Program-made: the position numbers and the translations under genes | The notes under the pieces: generated by a model | Told to the model about the DNA's origin: nothing | The model's database searches: none | What the model saw: the letters and a program-made list of their open reading frames with translations, nothing else | Part shown: positions 61,670 through 64,000 of the stretch, piece by piece | How the letters are laid out: each line of letters begins with the position of its first letter | How positions within the stretch are numbered: the first letter of the stretch is position 1 | NCBI RefSeq assembly: GCF_001194135.2 | Contig: NC_068982.1 | Coordinates: 121,814,064-121,878,063, forward strand | DNA from: Octopus bimaculoides | Taxonomy: Eukaryota | Length of the DNA stretch: 64,000 nucleotides | Direction of reading: 5' to 3'

Positions 61670-63286
61670 TAGGGTTTCATATGTCCTGGTTTAACTGAGA
61701 TTTTCCAGTTTGTTGGCATTGTCCCGGTGTCCCAGCCAGCTTGAAATTATGTCCCAGTTTTTCAGAAATCAGAGAAAATTTTATCATGGTTTTGATCCTG
61801 ATTTGTCAGAAAGGTTGTTGGGTATTAATCTTCCCAGAGTATTATGAAGACATGTGTAGCAATAATCTAACCAGGATTTGAAGTTAAAGCTTCTGATTCA
61901 TTCGCATGGATAAACCATTATATTTAGAATTGTTCATTTGATTGAAAAAACATCTGGCCATGAAAAAAAATAGATGACTCCCAAGAAAACCTGTTGGTAG
62001 CAGAAAATTTTCATGGAATGAGGAAAACAATAGTGTTCTCTGAACTCTGATCCATCTGCACATTAATAGCTGATAATATTAGGCCTTAAATAAGACATGT
62101 TTCAAATGGGAAACAGAGACAGACTACAGAGCTTCGACAATTCAAATCATTCCAACAGACATGTCACCAAAATTACAAGAGGAGCATGTACAACTTGCTA
62201 CTGACAACTAACCAAAACATCTCCCTTCCTCCATTTTTGTTTTTAATATTTTACTGTTTTAGCCAAGCCACAAAGAATTGCTGAATAACTTCCAGTTTCT
62301 TGACAACAATACTTAATTCCACTCTCTCCCTCTCTCTCACCACACATACACATTTATGGAAACATGCAAATTCTCACCTGTAACTATTTACCTAACAGTG
62401 ATTTTTTTCATTGTTTCATGAATAAGCAATTCAATCTGCATATTTCAGCCCTATTTTTCTTGCTAAGCTATTGACTGTGTAAATTTTGTTGGGTGTTAGC
62501 TTGCCCTAGAATAAACCAACTGCAATACATATTTCATATTCCACTTTATTTTGATATTGCATGGATATTTTCATTTTTAAAAAATTGATTTATTTTTACA
62601 ATGCTCAATGCTGCAGAGACCATATACATTTTACATTTCCAAAAGAACAGAAGAAGGATTGCCCTTTTCCAAAAATTTTGTTCTGACAGAGCAAAATGTG
62701 ATCATTGTTTTGCAGAGATCTCTGAAGTGCATAGGGATAGTTTGAATATTAAAGCTCTTTGGAAATCTCAAAATCACAAAGCAAGTTTTCTTGCTAGTTC
62801 ATTAGATACATTTTTTAAAAGAAGCAAAAATAATCAAATTGGAATCTCTTGTTTCTGTCAAAGAAGCCACTTTTGCTTTTCACACTATGTCTCATAAATT
62901 GAGTTTCAAAGCATACAACTGTTTGTCAAAGTTGGTCACAAAGCATTTTGAGATGAAGGTTTGTCTAGCACAGATAAATGTGAAATCATATCTTTAAAAG
63001 CAATTGCACCAATGGCTAAATCTGAGCTTGCCAAAAGACCTAGCAGAAGAAAATTTTGTAATAATCTCTAAGAGTGTTTTGAACCAAAACGATGTTAAAA
63101 TGATACTTTTCATTATTCAATATAATATTCCTGCTCAGGTGGTATGAGTTTTCAGCTCCTATGTTACTGGTTTCAGCTGCGACTTGTCCCAGTTTCACCT
63201 CTGGAAGTTATAGTAAGTTTGACTAAAAATGATGTTGTAACTATGCTGTGGTGATATACTGAATGTCTAGAACATTATAAAACCTA
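61670..63286 (+). mobile_element. hAT-type DNA transposon relic (TAGGG-ended), N-terminal transposase remnant
   Basis: Left end TAGGGTTTCATATGTCC and degenerate right end GAACATTATAAAACCTA. Peptide RAKCDHC...KSQNHKA (BED-like) and KEATFAFHT...LSFKAYNCLSKL...AIAPMA. No clear TSD. Confidence 0.7.
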
Positions 63287-63734
63287 GGGGATCCACCCTC
63301 TCTATGTCTGAACACAACATATTACTTTTTGAAAGAAAAACATAAGAAAGATAAGAAGAATCAACCTTAATACTGCATTAGTACTTTATTCAGTGGCTCT
63401 GAAAATATGAAAGGCAAAGTTCAACTTAGGATAGGATTTCAACTCAGAGGGCAAAGACCTGGAACAAATACCACAAGAAATTTTATTCAACATTCTAACA
63501 ACACGACCAGCTCAATTTCACAGTAAATGTAGGTTATGTCAAGTTAGTCTACAACATTCTATCTCATTTGAAATTTCACCAAACTCTCAAGAGAAGAAAC
63601 TGTTGGCATCAAGTATTGAAACAAGAAAAAAAAGCAATTGTGGTAGAAAACAAAAGAATAAATATATTTGTTTGCAGTATATACATTACACATGACAGTC
63701 TGACAGACAGACAAACAGACAGATAGATAGATAG

Positions 63735-63963
63735 ATATTATTTTACTTCCTTTTACTTGTTTCAGTCATTTGACTACGGCCATGCTGGAGCACTGCTTCA
63801 AAAGATTTTCATCGAACAAATCAACCCCAGGACTTATTCTTTGTAAGCCTAGTACTTATTCTATCAGTCTCTTTTGCTGAAACTCTAGGTTACAGGGACA
63901 CAAGCGCACCAAAATCAGTTGTCAAGCGATGGTGGGGGCACAAACACAAACACAGAGAGACAC

Positions 63964-64000
<37 letters not shown>
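63735..64000 (-). mobile_element. tRNA-derived SINE 3' half (runs off the window)
   Basis: Aligns with 58095-58320. Confidence 0.85.

Noticed and set aside
62601-62897. 98-aa ORF as a host gene
   Set aside because: It is the BED-like N-terminal remnant of the decayed hAT transposase and continues through frameshifts.

Overview
AT-rich, repeat-dense eukaryotic genomic DNA with five large N gaps (166-800, 1698-1975, 34178-34449, 40743-41392, 42738-43424) and several small ones. The SINE/LINE families and microsatellite style suggest an octopod cephalopod; this is an inference and cannot be confirmed here. The only host gene I can support is the 3' half of RABL3 on the + strand: four confident exons (3308-3422, 4190-4340, 5791-5862, 10556-10597) and a probable terminal exon from 11892. 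The rest is mostly decayed transposable elements: RTE, CR1/L2-like, Tx1 and R4/Dong-type LINEs, Penelope-like fragments, a Gypsy element, Tigger, Tc1, mariners, Chapaev, hAT, MITEs, tRNA-SINEs and minisatellites. Nearly all ORFs in the supplied track are gap, microsatellite or TE artefacts. I found no convincing new protein-coding system. The most interesting structures are: (1) a 47-bp tandem array just after the RABL3 stop, whose unit looks like a complete mini-intron (GTRAG...CTAAC...CAG) joined end to end; (2) a co-oriented stack of at least five R4/Dong-type 3' ends, most separated by (TATG)n tracts, suggesting microsatellite targeting; (3) Penelope-type minimal hammerhead motifs, including a CUGUUGA core variant; (4) a 108-bp loopless palindrome and two longer foldbacks. 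All coordinates and alignments were read by eye, and TE boundaries are approximate.
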